Shown here: in pieces, positions 50,890 through 60,394 of the stretch
How the letters are laid out: the number at the start of each line of letters is the position of its first letter
Numbering within the stretch: position 1 is the first letter of the stretch
Origin: Cyanobacteriota bacterium
GTDB lineage: Bacteria > Cyanobacteriota > Cyanobacteriia > Thermostichales > Thermostichaceae
NCBI GenBank assembly: GCA_033764955.1
Contig: JANRIL010000032.1
Span: forward strand, 26,447-90,446
Reading direction: 5' to 3'
Length of the DNA stretch: 64,000 bases
Translations under genes and position numbers: made by a program
Notes under the pieces: generated by a model
What the model was told of the DNA's origin: nothing
Databases searched by the model: none
What the model saw: the letters and a program-made list of their open reading frames with translations, nothing else

Positions 50890-51837
50890 ATGCAAGCTGT
50901 AATTCTTGCTGGTGGCAAAGGAACTCGCCTCAGACCGCTGACCCGCCAACAGCCCAAACCCCTCGTGCCCCTTTTGGAGATCCCCTTCCTGCATTGGATG
51001 GTGGAGCGGTGTTGTCAGGTTGGCGTGGATTCAATAGTCATTAGTCTGGGGTATCGGGGGGATCAGATCAAGGATTTTTTGGGGGACGGATCAGCATGGG
51101 GGATCCCGATTCAGCTCATTCAAGAATCTACCCCTCTCGATACGGCTGGGGCGCTGGTGCTGGCTCGACCCTATTTTACGAAGGATCCCTTGCTGGTGTT
51201 TAATGCCGACATCCTCACGGATTTGGATTTACGGGCTGTCATGGACTACCACCGTGCCACGGGATCCCAGGCTACCCTCACCTTGACGCGAGTGGCTGAC
51301 ATCACCGCCTACGGACTAGTGGAGTTAAATGTCCAGGGAAAAATTCAATCCTTTCGAGAAAAGCCTAGCCCTGCTGAGGCTCAGCTTATTACCACTAACA
51401 CGATCAATGCCGGAACCTATGTTTTGGATCCGGCTATTTTTGACGCTTATCAGCCTGGGGATCCTTTGAGTTTTGAGCGCCAAGTATTTCCCCAACTTTT
51501 GGGGAGGGGAGGCCAAATGCAGGGCTACATTCATGAGGGCTATTGGCGGGATCTGGGCAACCCAGCCAGCTACTATCAGGGGCAGTTGGATATTTTGTTG
51601 GGCAACATGACCGACTTTCCGTTAGTGGATGTGGAGCAGCCACAGCCGGGAATTTGGATCCATCGCACCGCTCAGGTAGCGGCGGAAGCCAGCCTATCCT
51701 CCCCTTGCTATGTGGGATCCCATACGGTGGTGGGGGCACGAGCGGTGGTGCCAGCGGGAACGATTATAGCCGGAGACAGTTGGGTTGATGGCCGTATTGC
51801 ACCGGGAGCCTATGGACAGGGAACGTTGTTGGTTTGA
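50890..51837 (+). CDS. NDP-sugar pyrophosphorylase (mannose-1-P guanylyltransferase family)
   Basis: ILAGGKGTRLRPLT..PKP, FREKP, INAGTY, YWRDLG. Confidence 0.9.
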   Translation: MQAVILAGGKGTRLRPLTRQQPKPLVPLLEIPFLHWMVERCCQVGVDSIVISLGYRGDQIKDFLGDGSAWGIPIQLIQESTPLDTAGALVLARPYFTKDPLLVFNADILTDLDLRAVMDYHRATGSQATLTLTRVADITAYGLVELNVQGKIQSFREKPSPAEAQLITTNTINAGTYVLDPAIFDAYQPGDPLSFERQVFPQLLGRGGQMQGYIHEGYWRDLGNPASYYQGQLDILLGNMTDFPLVDVEQPQPGIWIHRTAQVAAEASLSSPCYVGSHTVVGARAVVPAGTIIAGDSWVDGRIAPGAYGQGTLLV

Positions 51838-52002
51838 TATGCGGATGTTTGACCGCAGCATCTCCAAATATAAATAGTTGCCAGGTTGAGGGTGAACCGT
51901 AGAGGAACTTACCGGAGACTGTATGGGGTGAGGGGATCCCGATTGATTAGGATGAGCCTAGGATCCCTCATAAAACATGCTGGGGGAAGGGAAGAGGGCA
52001 CT

Positions 52003-53322
52003 ATGTTGAGCAAGGTTGGTTGGTTGGGAATGGCGCTAACGGCTGGGATCCTCCCCATGATTGGGATGAATAGTCCTGTTGTGGCTCATGATTATTTCCT
52101 GTCAATACCAGTTTCGACTGAGAATACTTTTGTGGCCGAACTGCCGGATTACTTGGCTAATGATCAGGGCAGTTCTAACCCCCTGGAAGGAGCAACAACC
52201 TCTGTGACATCTACTGTATCTGCCTCCATCCCCTTTAGTTTAGATTTGTTTTCCAGGGTGGTTCAAGATTATTCCCAGGCGAATATTTTGATTTCTCCTC
52301 TGAGTGTTCAACTGGCCTTAGGAATGACCCTAGAGGGGGCAGCAGGAGAGACGCAAGCAGAGATAGCTAAAGTGTTAGGAATTGCCCCCGATCAACTGGC
52401 GGAATGGCATCGAACTAACCAAAAACGGCTAGTGGAGCTAACGGAAGCAACTGACAACTCTCTGCAACTGCAAATCGCTAATTCCCTCTGGTTGGCGGAA
52501 GGGATCCCGATATTTCCTGAGTTTATTCGAGCCAATCAAGACTATTATCAGGCTCAGGTCAATTCCGTAACTTTTGGTCAGCCAGCAGCAACTAATCGGA
52601 TCAACGATTGGGTTGCGGAAAACACGGCGGGCAAAATCACCAGCATTGTGGATCGAACTGAGCCAGATACGCTATTGATGTTACTTAACACGGTTTATTT
52701 CAAAGGTAATTGGCGCTATGCCTTTGATCCGACAGCTACCCGTGAAAGTATCTTTACGTTAGCCAATGGCCAAGAGAAACAGCATCCTTTCATGGAGCAA
52801 TCCGGTACTTATCGCTATGCAGAATCAACCTTATTTCAAGCCATTCAATTACCCTACGGAGAAGGGGAATGGGTGATGACTATTCTCTTGCCCCAACCGG
52901 AGCAAACTCTTGCTGAGGTGATGGCTCAACTCAACCCAACGACTTGGCAAGCCTGGATGAATAGCCTACGCTCCACTCAGGGATCCCTACAACTGCCCTC
53001 ATTTCGTCTGGAATCTAGTGTGGCATTGGAAAGTATTTTGGCGGAGATGGGAATGCCCCAAGCTTTTCGCCCCACGGCTAACTTTAGTCAGATGAGTGCC
53101 CAGCCCACCTACATCAGCCAGGTGAAACACAAGGCTATGATAGAGGTGAATGAAGTGGGCACGGAAGCGGCGGCTGTAACGGCCATCACCATGACCCGCA
53201 CCTCGATGAGCAAGCAGCCGCCTTTTTCGATGGTGGTGAACCGCCCCTTTCTCTATGCCATTCAGAGCGTGGATAGCGGAGAAATTTTGTTTATGGGATC
53301 CGTCGTCAACCCAGAGCGCTAA
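52003..53322 (+). CDS. Secreted serpin (serine protease inhibitor)
   Basis: NILISPLS, INDWVAENTAGKI, LNTVYFKGNW, hinge EVGTEAAAVT, NRPFLY, LFMGSV; signal-like N-terminus. Confidence 0.93.
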   Translation: MLSKVGWLGMALTAGILPMIGMNSPVVAHDYFLSIPVSTENTFVAELPDYLANDQGSSNPLEGATTSVTSTVSASIPFSLDLFSRVVQDYSQANILISPLSVQLALGMTLEGAAGETQAEIAKVLGIAPDQLAEWHRTNQKRLVELTEATDNSLQLQIANSLWLAEGIPIFPEFIRANQDYYQAQVNSVTFGQPAATNRINDWVAENTAGKITSIVDRTEPDTLLMLLNTVYFKGNWRYAFDPTATRESIFTLANGQEKQHPFMEQSGTYRYAESTLFQAIQLPYGEGEWVMTILLPQPEQTLAEVMAQLNPTTWQAWMNSLRSTQGSLQLPSFRLESSVALESILAEMGMPQAFRPTANFSQMSAQPTYISQVKHKAMIEVNEVGTEAAAVTAITMTRTSMSKQPPFSMVVNRPFLYAIQSVDSGEILFMGSVVNPER

Positions 53323-53340
53323 CCTGATAGAGTCCCTTGC

Positions 53341-54726
53341 GTGACATTGACGGCAGCATCCATGAAAACGGTCTATCGACATCTGGCTGTCCGCCTCACG
53401 ATTGGTGTCGTGCTCTTGGTGGGCAGCGTCAGTATCCTGCCACGGGATCGGGTTTGGGGATTGGTGGGGTTAGCCGGAGCAGTCAGCGCGATTGCCGGAG
53501 CCAAACCGGGGCGATTGCTCTTGCAGGAAGGCATGGATCGGACGGCGCAAAGAAACTACGCGGCGGCTCTCCAGTCCTTTAACCAGGTAATCGAGTGGGA
53601 TCCCAAATCCACCGCTGGCTGGCTGGGGCGCGCTCATGTGCAAACCCTCCTAAAAAATTATCCAGCGGCTTTACGGGATCTGGATATGACAGAAAAATTG
53701 GAGCCCTCCCTGCCTGCCATTTTTTGGGCACGCGCCCTGATCTATCAAAAAACAGAGGATCCCCAATCGGCTCTACAGGAGATCAACCGCTATCTACAAC
53801 GGCAGCCGGATGCCAAAGGCTATAGCCTGCGGGGGGGGATCCACTGCCAACTGGGCTATCAGGAAGCCGCACAAGCCGATTTTGACCTGGCGATTGCTCA
53901 GGATCAGCACTACAGTCAAGCTTATTGGGAACGTGCCCAGTTCTTTTTGCAGCGCGGTAGCTTTTGGGAAGCCATCGTTGATTTTACTCAGGTATTGAAT
54001 CGGGATCCGCGCTCTTTACCTGCTTTGCTGGGACGTGCCCATGCCTATGCCTATCAGGGAGATTATCCCCCAGCCATTGCTGATCTGACGGAAGTTTTGA
54101 GACAAATGGAGCAACCTCATTTGACAATTTATCAAGGATTAATTCTCAATCCTCAACATCCATCAGACAAAGAAGCTAGCTATTATTATCGGCGAGGTTT
54201 GTTTTATTATCAACAGAGTGATTTGTTGGAATCTATTGCGGATATGGATCAGGTCATTCGGCGAACTCCTGACTATCTCATGGCCTATATTTTGCGAGGA
54301 AATGCCCATTATGATATGGGACAAGTGCAACAGGCTTTTGCCGATTATGAAGGAGTTTTTAAGCTGGAGTTAGTGGATTGGGATCCCGATGACGAGTTTA
54401 GCTGTCAGGCTTTAGCACTGGCTCGCCTGCGGATGGGCGATCGAGAGGGAGCCTTACTGGATCTAGAAAAAGCTATCCGAATCAGCGGGCAGCATCACAA
54501 TCTTCCACTCCAACAAAAAGCTGAAGCGCTCCTGAAAACATGGCGGCATGGCGCTCATTCTGATCATTCTACCTGCGTGGAAGCCAGCAATTCTGACAGC
54601 TATTTTGTAATGAGTCCCATAATGACTCCTCTAATAGGCACTGAAATTAACAGTGAAATACCCTTCAACATCCAACCAGAAGTTAACCGAGAAACTGAGA
54701 TAGAAACCAAAACAAATATTAGCTAA
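53341..54726 (+). CDS. Tetratricopeptide repeat membrane protein
   Basis: Two N-terminal hydrophobic segments followed by many TPR units. Confidence 0.85.
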   Translation: MTLTAASMKTVYRHLAVRLTIGVVLLVGSVSILPRDRVWGLVGLAGAVSAIAGAKPGRLLLQEGMDRTAQRNYAAALQSFNQVIEWDPKSTAGWLGRAHVQTLLKNYPAALRDLDMTEKLEPSLPAIFWARALIYQKTEDPQSALQEINRYLQRQPDAKGYSLRGGIHCQLGYQEAAQADFDLAIAQDQHYSQAYWERAQFFLQRGSFWEAIVDFTQVLNRDPRSLPALLGRAHAYAYQGDYPPAIADLTEVLRQMEQPHLTIYQGLILNPQHPSDKEASYYYRRGLFYYQQSDLLESIADMDQVIRRTPDYLMAYILRGNAHYDMGQVQQAFADYEGVFKLELVDWDPDDEFSCQALALARLRMGDREGALLDLEKAIRISGQHHNLPLQQKAEALLKTWRHGAHSDHSTCVEASNSDSYFVMSPIMTPLIGTEINSEIPFNIQPEVNRETEIETKTNIS

Positions 54727-54783
54727 AATAGTTAACGGAACACAGTCAAATGAGTCTTTTAGGAATTACCTTTTTTAGACGGA

Positions 54784-55665
54784 TTAGAGTAAAAAACTAG
54801 CATGATAATCTAAATGATCCTCAATAAAAGTATTGACAAAATAATAGCTATGGTCATACCCGATCTGACGCCGCAGTTGTAAGGATTGCCCGACTTGGGC
54901 ACAGGCGGATTCCAGATGGTCGGGCAGGAGCTGTTGGCTTAAAAATATATCCTCTGTGCCCTGATCCACCAAGATCGAAGGATAGCGGGATCCATAATCG
55001 AGCAACAACTGACAAGCATCCCAGTCACGCCAGAGGGACAGATCGGATCCCAAATAGTGACGAAATGCTTTTTGACCCCAAGGGCAGCGCATGGGAGCGG
55101 CAATAGGAGCCAAGGCTGAAACCGAACGATAGCGATCCGGATTTTTGAGGGCACAGATCAGCGCCCCATGTCCCCCCATTGAATGCCCCAAAATCCCCTG
55201 CTGGCGGCCTAGAGCCGGGAACTCCGCTTGGATGAGAGCAGGTAATTCTTCCACAACATAGCTATACATGCGGAAGTGCCTTGCCCAGGGATCCTGAGTG
55301 GCATCCAGATAAAACCCCGCTCCGCTTCCTACCTCCCCATCGCTATCTTCCTGAGGAATGCCGGTATGGCGAGGACTGGTATCAGGCATCACCAACATCA
55401 CCCCCAACTGAGCCGCCCGTTTGAGCGCTCCCGCCTTGGTGAGAAAGGTTTCTTCGGTGCAGGTGAGTCCTGCCAAACAATAGAGGACGGGGACAGCGTG
55501 CTGTTGCGCTTGGGGTGGTTGATAAACGGCAAACGACATCGAGCTGTGGCAGATCGGCGAATCATGGCGAAAAAATCCCACCCACCCGCCCCAGCAGGCC
55601 TGTTTTTTCAGGAGGTGACATCCAGAAGTAGAGTCGCCGGGAGCAGAGTTGGTGGTCAAAGGCAT
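54784..55665 (-). CDS. fghA: S-formylglutathione hydrolase
   Basis: LAGLTCTEE, PDTSPR, GAGFYLDAT, GHSMGGHGA, YDHSYYF. Confidence 0.93.
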   Translation of the reverse strand: MPLTTNSAPGDSTSGCHLLKKQACWGGWVGFFRHDSPICHSSMSFAVYQPPQAQQHAVPVLYCLAGLTCTEETFLTKAGALKRAAQLGVMLVMPDTSPRHTGIPQEDSDGEVGSGAGFYLDATQDPWARHFRMYSYVVEELPALIQAEFPALGRQQGILGHSMGGHGALICALKNPDRYRSVSALAPIAAPMRCPWGQKAFRHYLGSDLSLWRDWDACQLLLDYGSRYPSILVDQGTEDIFLSQQLLPDHLESACAQVGQSLQLRRQIGYDHSYYFVNTFIEDHLDYHASFLL

Positions 55666-55711
55666 CGTCAGGGATCCCCCATTAGGCCATGAATGATCGT
55701 GTTAGTTGCCG

Positions 55712-56140
55712 CTAGTTAGCCAGTTCCACATTACGGGTTACGGAAGCCGCCTGCCCTGTCCGGTCAAATACGCGAAAGGTAACCGCATATTCCCCTATAC
55801 TCAACCCGCTGGGCGGAGTAATGCCAAAAGCCGTAGAACAACTGGTGGCTCCCGCTCCACAGCCCGCCTGATTAGCAGAGAGGGTCTGCACCTGAAACCC
55901 TCCCCAGGACAGTTGAAAGGCATTACTGGTGGGCAATCCCCCTGGTACTGTCACCGAAAAAGCCAATGGAAACGCTTGTCCTTGGTTGACGCTAGCCGGA
56001 ATCTCCAGGCTGGTGATCAAAGGGGGCGTCGATACCGCCGTATCCCCCTCACTGCCACATCCACCTAGACCCAGCCCTGCCACGGTCAGAACCAGCGCCC
56101 CAGACAGGGATCCCCATCGGTAGGGGTGTTGTACCTTCAT
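55712..56140 (-). CDS. Hypothetical lipoprotein with an Ig-like fold
   Basis: Lipobox LGGC; beta-rich mature region. Confidence 0.65.
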   Translation of the reverse strand: MKVQHPYRWGSLSGALVLTVAGLGLGGCGSEGDTAVSTPPLITSLEIPASVNQGQAFPLAFSVTVPGGLPTSNAFQLSWGGFQVQTLSANQAGCGAGATSCSTAFGITPPSGLSIGEYAVTFRVFDRTGQAASVTRNVELAN

Positions 56141-56399
56141 CTCCGCCTCTCCTCAAACAGGATTCACCCGCCCTTGATACTACCGGAGAGGGGGGGTGGC
56201 TGTCTCCTCAGGTAAACGGAGCTTGCGGATCTTGGGTCAAGAATTTTTCATGAGTTTGGCAGTAGTAGTGTCAAAAATGACCTACTTAGCTAATAATGTC
56301 CATATATAGTGGAAGGTGCTGAGGGCATTAGCATCAACCCATTGGATCCCAGCCCACCGTCTCATTTCTTACCTTTTGTTACCCTTTCTCGGTACAGCG

Positions 56400-57992
56400 A
56401 TGGAAACCCCAGAAGAACAACTCAAAATCCTCAAGACTCGAGTTCGCAACCTAGAGCGATCCTTGGCGGAGTCAGAAGCCTTGTCTCTGGAGCAGATCGA
56501 GTGTACCCATCGCCTAGAAAAGCAACTGTTGGAGGCTCAAAGTCAAATTGAAGCCCGCGATCAAGCGATCATCGCCTGTCAGCAAGAACAGGCCCAGTTG
56601 ACCGAGCGCCCCACCCTAGAAGCCTATCAGTTGCAATCTCAGCACATCCAAGAACTTCAGCAAATGGTCTGGCAACTGGAGCGGCGACCCAGTGTGGAAC
56701 ACTACCAAGTTTTGCAACAGCAACTCGCCACCAGCCAGTCGGAAATCGAGATGCTCAAGAGCGAGCTGCAACGGCGGGTGGATCCCTCCCGGTTTTATCA
56801 ACTGCAACAGGAGTTGGGTGAACTGAAGGACTATGCCAACCAACTGGGGGAATACGCCGCCCGTCTGCCGCAGGTGCAACTGCAACATGCCCAATCGCAA
56901 CTGCACAGCCATGAGCTAGAGACCCAACTTTCGGAGATGACGACTCGCCTACAAGCCCTAGAAGAACGTCCCACCCCCGAAGACGTGGCTGCCCGCCTGC
57001 ACGCCATCCAGCAAGAACACCAGGCGAGTTTGCAAACCCTGACGGATCAACTCACCCAGGCGCAGCAGCAACTCACTGTTTTACAGGAACGACCTGATTT
57101 TGAGCAGGTGCAGCAGTGGCAACAGCAGTTTGAACACCTACAACGGGAACTAGCAGCCTCCGAGGCGGATCGGGCGGCTTTGGCTACCGATCTGGCAAAG
57201 CGTCCTTCTGGCCAAGTCCTGGAGGCATTACAGCAGCAGGTGGAAGAACTCCGCACTCAACTGGAGATGGCTCAAACCACCCATACGCAATTGCAAGCGG
57301 AGTTATCCCAACGACCCGCCAGCCAAGAGCTAGAGACCCTGCGGGAGGAACTTCAGCAATTACAAGCGGCTCATGAGCAACTGCGGCAGGAGGCTGAACA
57401 GCGCCCCACTCTAACGGAATGGCAGGAATCGAAGCGCCGACAAGAGCTGGCAGAAGCCCATCACATCGTTAGCAAAAAGCAGATTGAACGGTTACAACAG
57501 CAGATCGAAGAACTAAAGGCGGAATGCGTACAGGCTCACGCCTACGCCCAAACCCAAGAGAAAGAAGTCGCTCTTTTGGAAGCAGTCAAGCAAGACCTGG
57601 AAAGTCGGCTGAGATGGCAGCAAGGCGAAGCAGAGCCATCAGCCACTACCAGTCCACCCATCCATCTGCCTACGATGTCTCCAACTGCCCGACCTGGCCT
57701 ACCTCAGTTGGAGGTTTTGCCCAGCCGTTCTGGTTTCCCCTCCCCTCGCTTTCCTGAGTCGCAGCCTGCCGCCCAAGGGCAGGAAGAAGCGATACCTGTG
57801 GCGGCGACAGCGACGGGTCGCCCTGCCGCCAGCGGGATCCCTCCCCTGACCCTAGCTCCGGCTCCCCAGGTTTCGGACTCCCTGCTGCGCCGCCGATTGA
57901 TGGGGGAAGAAAACACGCTGCCCTCTCCCAGTCGCCCGAAGTCCACCCGCAGTATCGAGTTGCCTGCCTTTGTGCAGCGCCGTCCTCGTTAA
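56400..57992 (+). CDS. Long coiled-coil protein with RP-punctuated repeats and a Pro-rich tail
   Basis: Q/E/L-rich heptads; recurrent xRP(T/S)xE; conserved-looking IELPAF end. Confidence 0.75.
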   Translation: METPEEQLKILKTRVRNLERSLAESEALSLEQIECTHRLEKQLLEAQSQIEARDQAIIACQQEQAQLTERPTLEAYQLQSQHIQELQQMVWQLERRPSVEHYQVLQQQLATSQSEIEMLKSELQRRVDPSRFYQLQQELGELKDYANQLGEYAARLPQVQLQHAQSQLHSHELETQLSEMTTRLQALEERPTPEDVAARLHAIQQEHQASLQTLTDQLTQAQQQLTVLQERPDFEQVQQWQQQFEHLQRELAASEADRAALATDLAKRPSGQVLEALQQQVEELRTQLEMAQTTHTQLQAELSQRPASQELETLREELQQLQAAHEQLRQEAEQRPTLTEWQESKRRQELAEAHHIVSKKQIERLQQQIEELKAECVQAHAYAQTQEKEVALLEAVKQDLESRLRWQQGEAEPSATTSPPIHLPTMSPTARPGLPQLEVLPSRSGFPSPRFPESQPAAQGQEEAIPVAATATGRPAASGIPPLTLAPAPQVSDSLLRRRLMGEENTLPSPSRPKSTRSIELPAFVQRRPR

Positions 57993-58020
57993 TTCCGTTG
58001 GTTTTGGGTGGGGTGGGTGG

Positions 58021-58929
58021 TTACTGCGCCCCTAGATTGCCTGCTTTGATCCAGCCCTCCTCCCCCGTTTGACGGCGAACCCGCTGCCAGCGCCCGTCAC
58101 TGCTGACCTCTAGAACGATGACAATCTCGTTGACAGGGATCCCCCCAAGATACTGACCGTCCGCTTGTGGCTCGGCTCGCAGGGCTAAGCCAATCGGTTC
58201 AATCACCCGCCCCTGGGATCCCGCCCCAATAGTAACGGGTTGGGGGGGAGGAGTAGCTGGGGAGGATGTGGTTTGAGGGACAACAGCCGGGGCAGGGGCA
58301 TCCGTTGGCTCTAGGTTCCCCGCTTTCACCCACCCCTCTTGTCCATTCAACTCTCGCCGTACCCGTTGCCAAGCTCCATCCCCACTTGCCTCTAAAACGG
58401 TGACTGTTTCCCCCACAACGATTCCCCCCAAATAGGCTCCTTCTAGAGAAGGACCACTGCGGATGGCTAGCCCAAGAGGCTCGATCACCCGCCCGCGACT
58501 GCCCGCCCCAACGGTTCCCGAATTCACGAGCGGATCAGGGGAAGCCGCCGCTGTGCCCTGGGGAATGGGGGTGGGATCCGGAGGGGGAATGACCGCCTGT
58601 TCAAATTTGGGGGGAGCCGGCGGCTCTAGCATGGGTGCTACATACTGCCACACTTGCCAGCCAATAGCAGCCAAAGCCCCCACCATAACACTGCCCACCA
58701 TCAGTGAGGCCAACGGCATGGTCTGACCGGAGTAACTGGATTTCGACCAACGGGATCCCATGGAATCACTCAAGCCTTGCTTCTTCAGCCGTACAGAACG
58801 CACTCTCGGATCCCGATCAAGGGTATAGGGATCCGCCTCTAGCTGGGGAGATGGCTTCTGCCCAGCATCAAACCTGTTGAGGGAGGACTGTTGAGGAGGA
58901 TGCGGATCCTGAGGGGGATAAACGCTCAT
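58021..58929 (-). CDS. Membrane-anchored protein with two bacterial SH3 domains
   Basis: One TM helix; duplicated GRVIEP.GLA.R..P...YLGGI...W.RVRR...EGW.KAGNL. Confidence 0.85.
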   Translation of the reverse strand: MSVYPPQDPHPPQQSSLNRFDAGQKPSPQLEADPYTLDRDPRVRSVRLKKQGLSDSMGSRWSKSSYSGQTMPLASLMVGSVMVGALAAIGWQVWQYVAPMLEPPAPPKFEQAVIPPPDPTPIPQGTAAASPDPLVNSGTVGAGSRGRVIEPLGLAIRSGPSLEGAYLGGIVVGETVTVLEASGDGAWQRVRRELNGQEGWVKAGNLEPTDAPAPAVVPQTTSSPATPPPQPVTIGAGSQGRVIEPIGLALRAEPQADGQYLGGIPVNEIVIVLEVSSDGRWQRVRRQTGEEGWIKAGNLGAQ

Positions 58930-59164
58930 AGACTAACGTCAGCCCAGAGAAGTAGCGGAGGAAATCTCAACCCTAATGGGAATGAATGAGAGGAGTATCG
59001 TTCTTTAACGCTAAGATCATACACTGACTGCTAATGAAACATTCCTTCACAACTGTCTCCTCATATTCACGGGGGTTGCCCAGTTAGACCCAGTCTTTGG
59101 CTCCCACCAAACTCAAGCCGCAATTCGATAACATTTGTAAAAGCTGGCGGGTCATTTCTCCACC

Positions 59165-59285
59165 CAGGCTAGGCTGATAGCCTGAAAGGCCAAGTTTGGG
59201 GAAAGTGCGGTGTCAATCCGCCACTGTGACGCAACTGTGATGTGGGCTAAGCCTGCTCAGTCAGAACACCCATTGGCTGACCCTC
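59165..59285 (+). promoter_or_regulatory. Cobalamin riboswitch (ends approximate)
   Basis: GGGGAAAGTGCGGTGTCAATCCGCCACTGTGACGCAACTGTGA...AGTCAGAACACC core directly upstream of cbiX. Confidence 0.85.
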
Positions 59286-59323
59286 CCTAGCCTCCTTGCG
59301 ATTCACAAGGAAAGGATTTTTAT

Positions 59324-60352
59324 TTGGTTACCCACCTCGCTTTATCTAACCCCGCCTCTTTCAGCCAGCCGGATGAGGCTCCTTTGCTCCCCCTGTTGCT
59401 GATCGGCCACGGATCCCGCGATCCTGAAGGACAAACGGAATTTCTCAAGTTGGCCGCCACCTATCAAGCCGCCACCCCCCATCGACCGATTTTTCCTTGC
59501 TTTTTAGAGCTAACGGATCCCTCGATTGCCGACGGGATCCAGCGCTGTCTGGAGGCAGGCTATCAGGAAGTCATTGCTTTGCCCGTTTTGTTGTTTGGGG
59601 CACGGCATAACAAATACGATGTCACGCTGGAGTTGGATCGCTGGCAGCAGATCTATCCCCAGCTCAAGCTCCACTATGGCGGCCCTTTGGGGATCCGTAA
59701 CGATATTTTGGATCTGCTGCGACAACGCTTAGTTCACCTACAAGACCAGCATCCCCAGATTGCGGCGGCGGAGACCGTCCTCTTGTTTGTGGGGCGGGGG
59801 TCTAGTGATCCAGAAGCAAATGGGGAAGCCTGTAAGTTAGCGCGGATGGTGTGGGAGGGATCCGGCTATGCCTCAGTGGAAACCTGTTTTATTGGCATTA
59901 CCCATCCCCGCCTCTCGGTTGGTTTTGCACGGGCACTTTTGCTGAAGCCGCGCCGCCTGATTGTGATCCCTTATTTTTTGTTTACCGGTGTGCTTCTGAA
60001 AAAGATTGAGCAGGACACCCAGCAACAACGGCAGCAACATCCTGAGGTGGAGTTTTACCTATTGCCGGAAATTGGCATCCATCCCACCGTATTGACCGGA
60101 CTTTGGGAGCGGGAACAGGAGGCGATTGCTGGAACCACCCCGATGAATTGTCACCTCTGCAAATTTCGCCGAGCGGTGGCGACCCAGACCCTCGCCAGCT
60201 CCGGTCATCTCCATCATCCTACTGATCCTCATGACCATGACGCCCATTCCCACCCTCACCCGCATCGTCATGCCCATCCCCATAGCCATGCCTCCGTCGA
60301 TGTCTATGAGCGGGAAGCCGACTACCATCAAAAAATCTGGCAGGTTCCTTAA
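59324..60352 (+). CDS. cbiX: Sirohydrochlorin cobaltochelatase, long form with His-rich tail
   Basis: LIGHGSRD, CFLEL, VGRGSSDP, PYFLFTG, MNCHLC motif, poly-His tail; TTG start. Confidence 0.92.
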   Translation: MVTHLALSNPASFSQPDEAPLLPLLLIGHGSRDPEGQTEFLKLAATYQAATPHRPIFPCFLELTDPSIADGIQRCLEAGYQEVIALPVLLFGARHNKYDVTLELDRWQQIYPQLKLHYGGPLGIRNDILDLLRQRLVHLQDQHPQIAAAETVLLFVGRGSSDPEANGEACKLARMVWEGSGYASVETCFIGITHPRLSVGFARALLLKPRRLIVIPYFLFTGVLLKKIEQDTQQQRQQHPEVEFYLLPEIGIHPTVLTGLWEREQEAIAGTTPMNCHLCKFRRAVATQTLASSGHLHHPTDPHDHDAHSHPHPHRHAHPHSHASVDVYEREADYHQKIWQVP

Positions 60353-60394
60353 CGGTTTCTTGCTCTGAGGTGAGCCGTGAGGCTTTCGGTTTGT

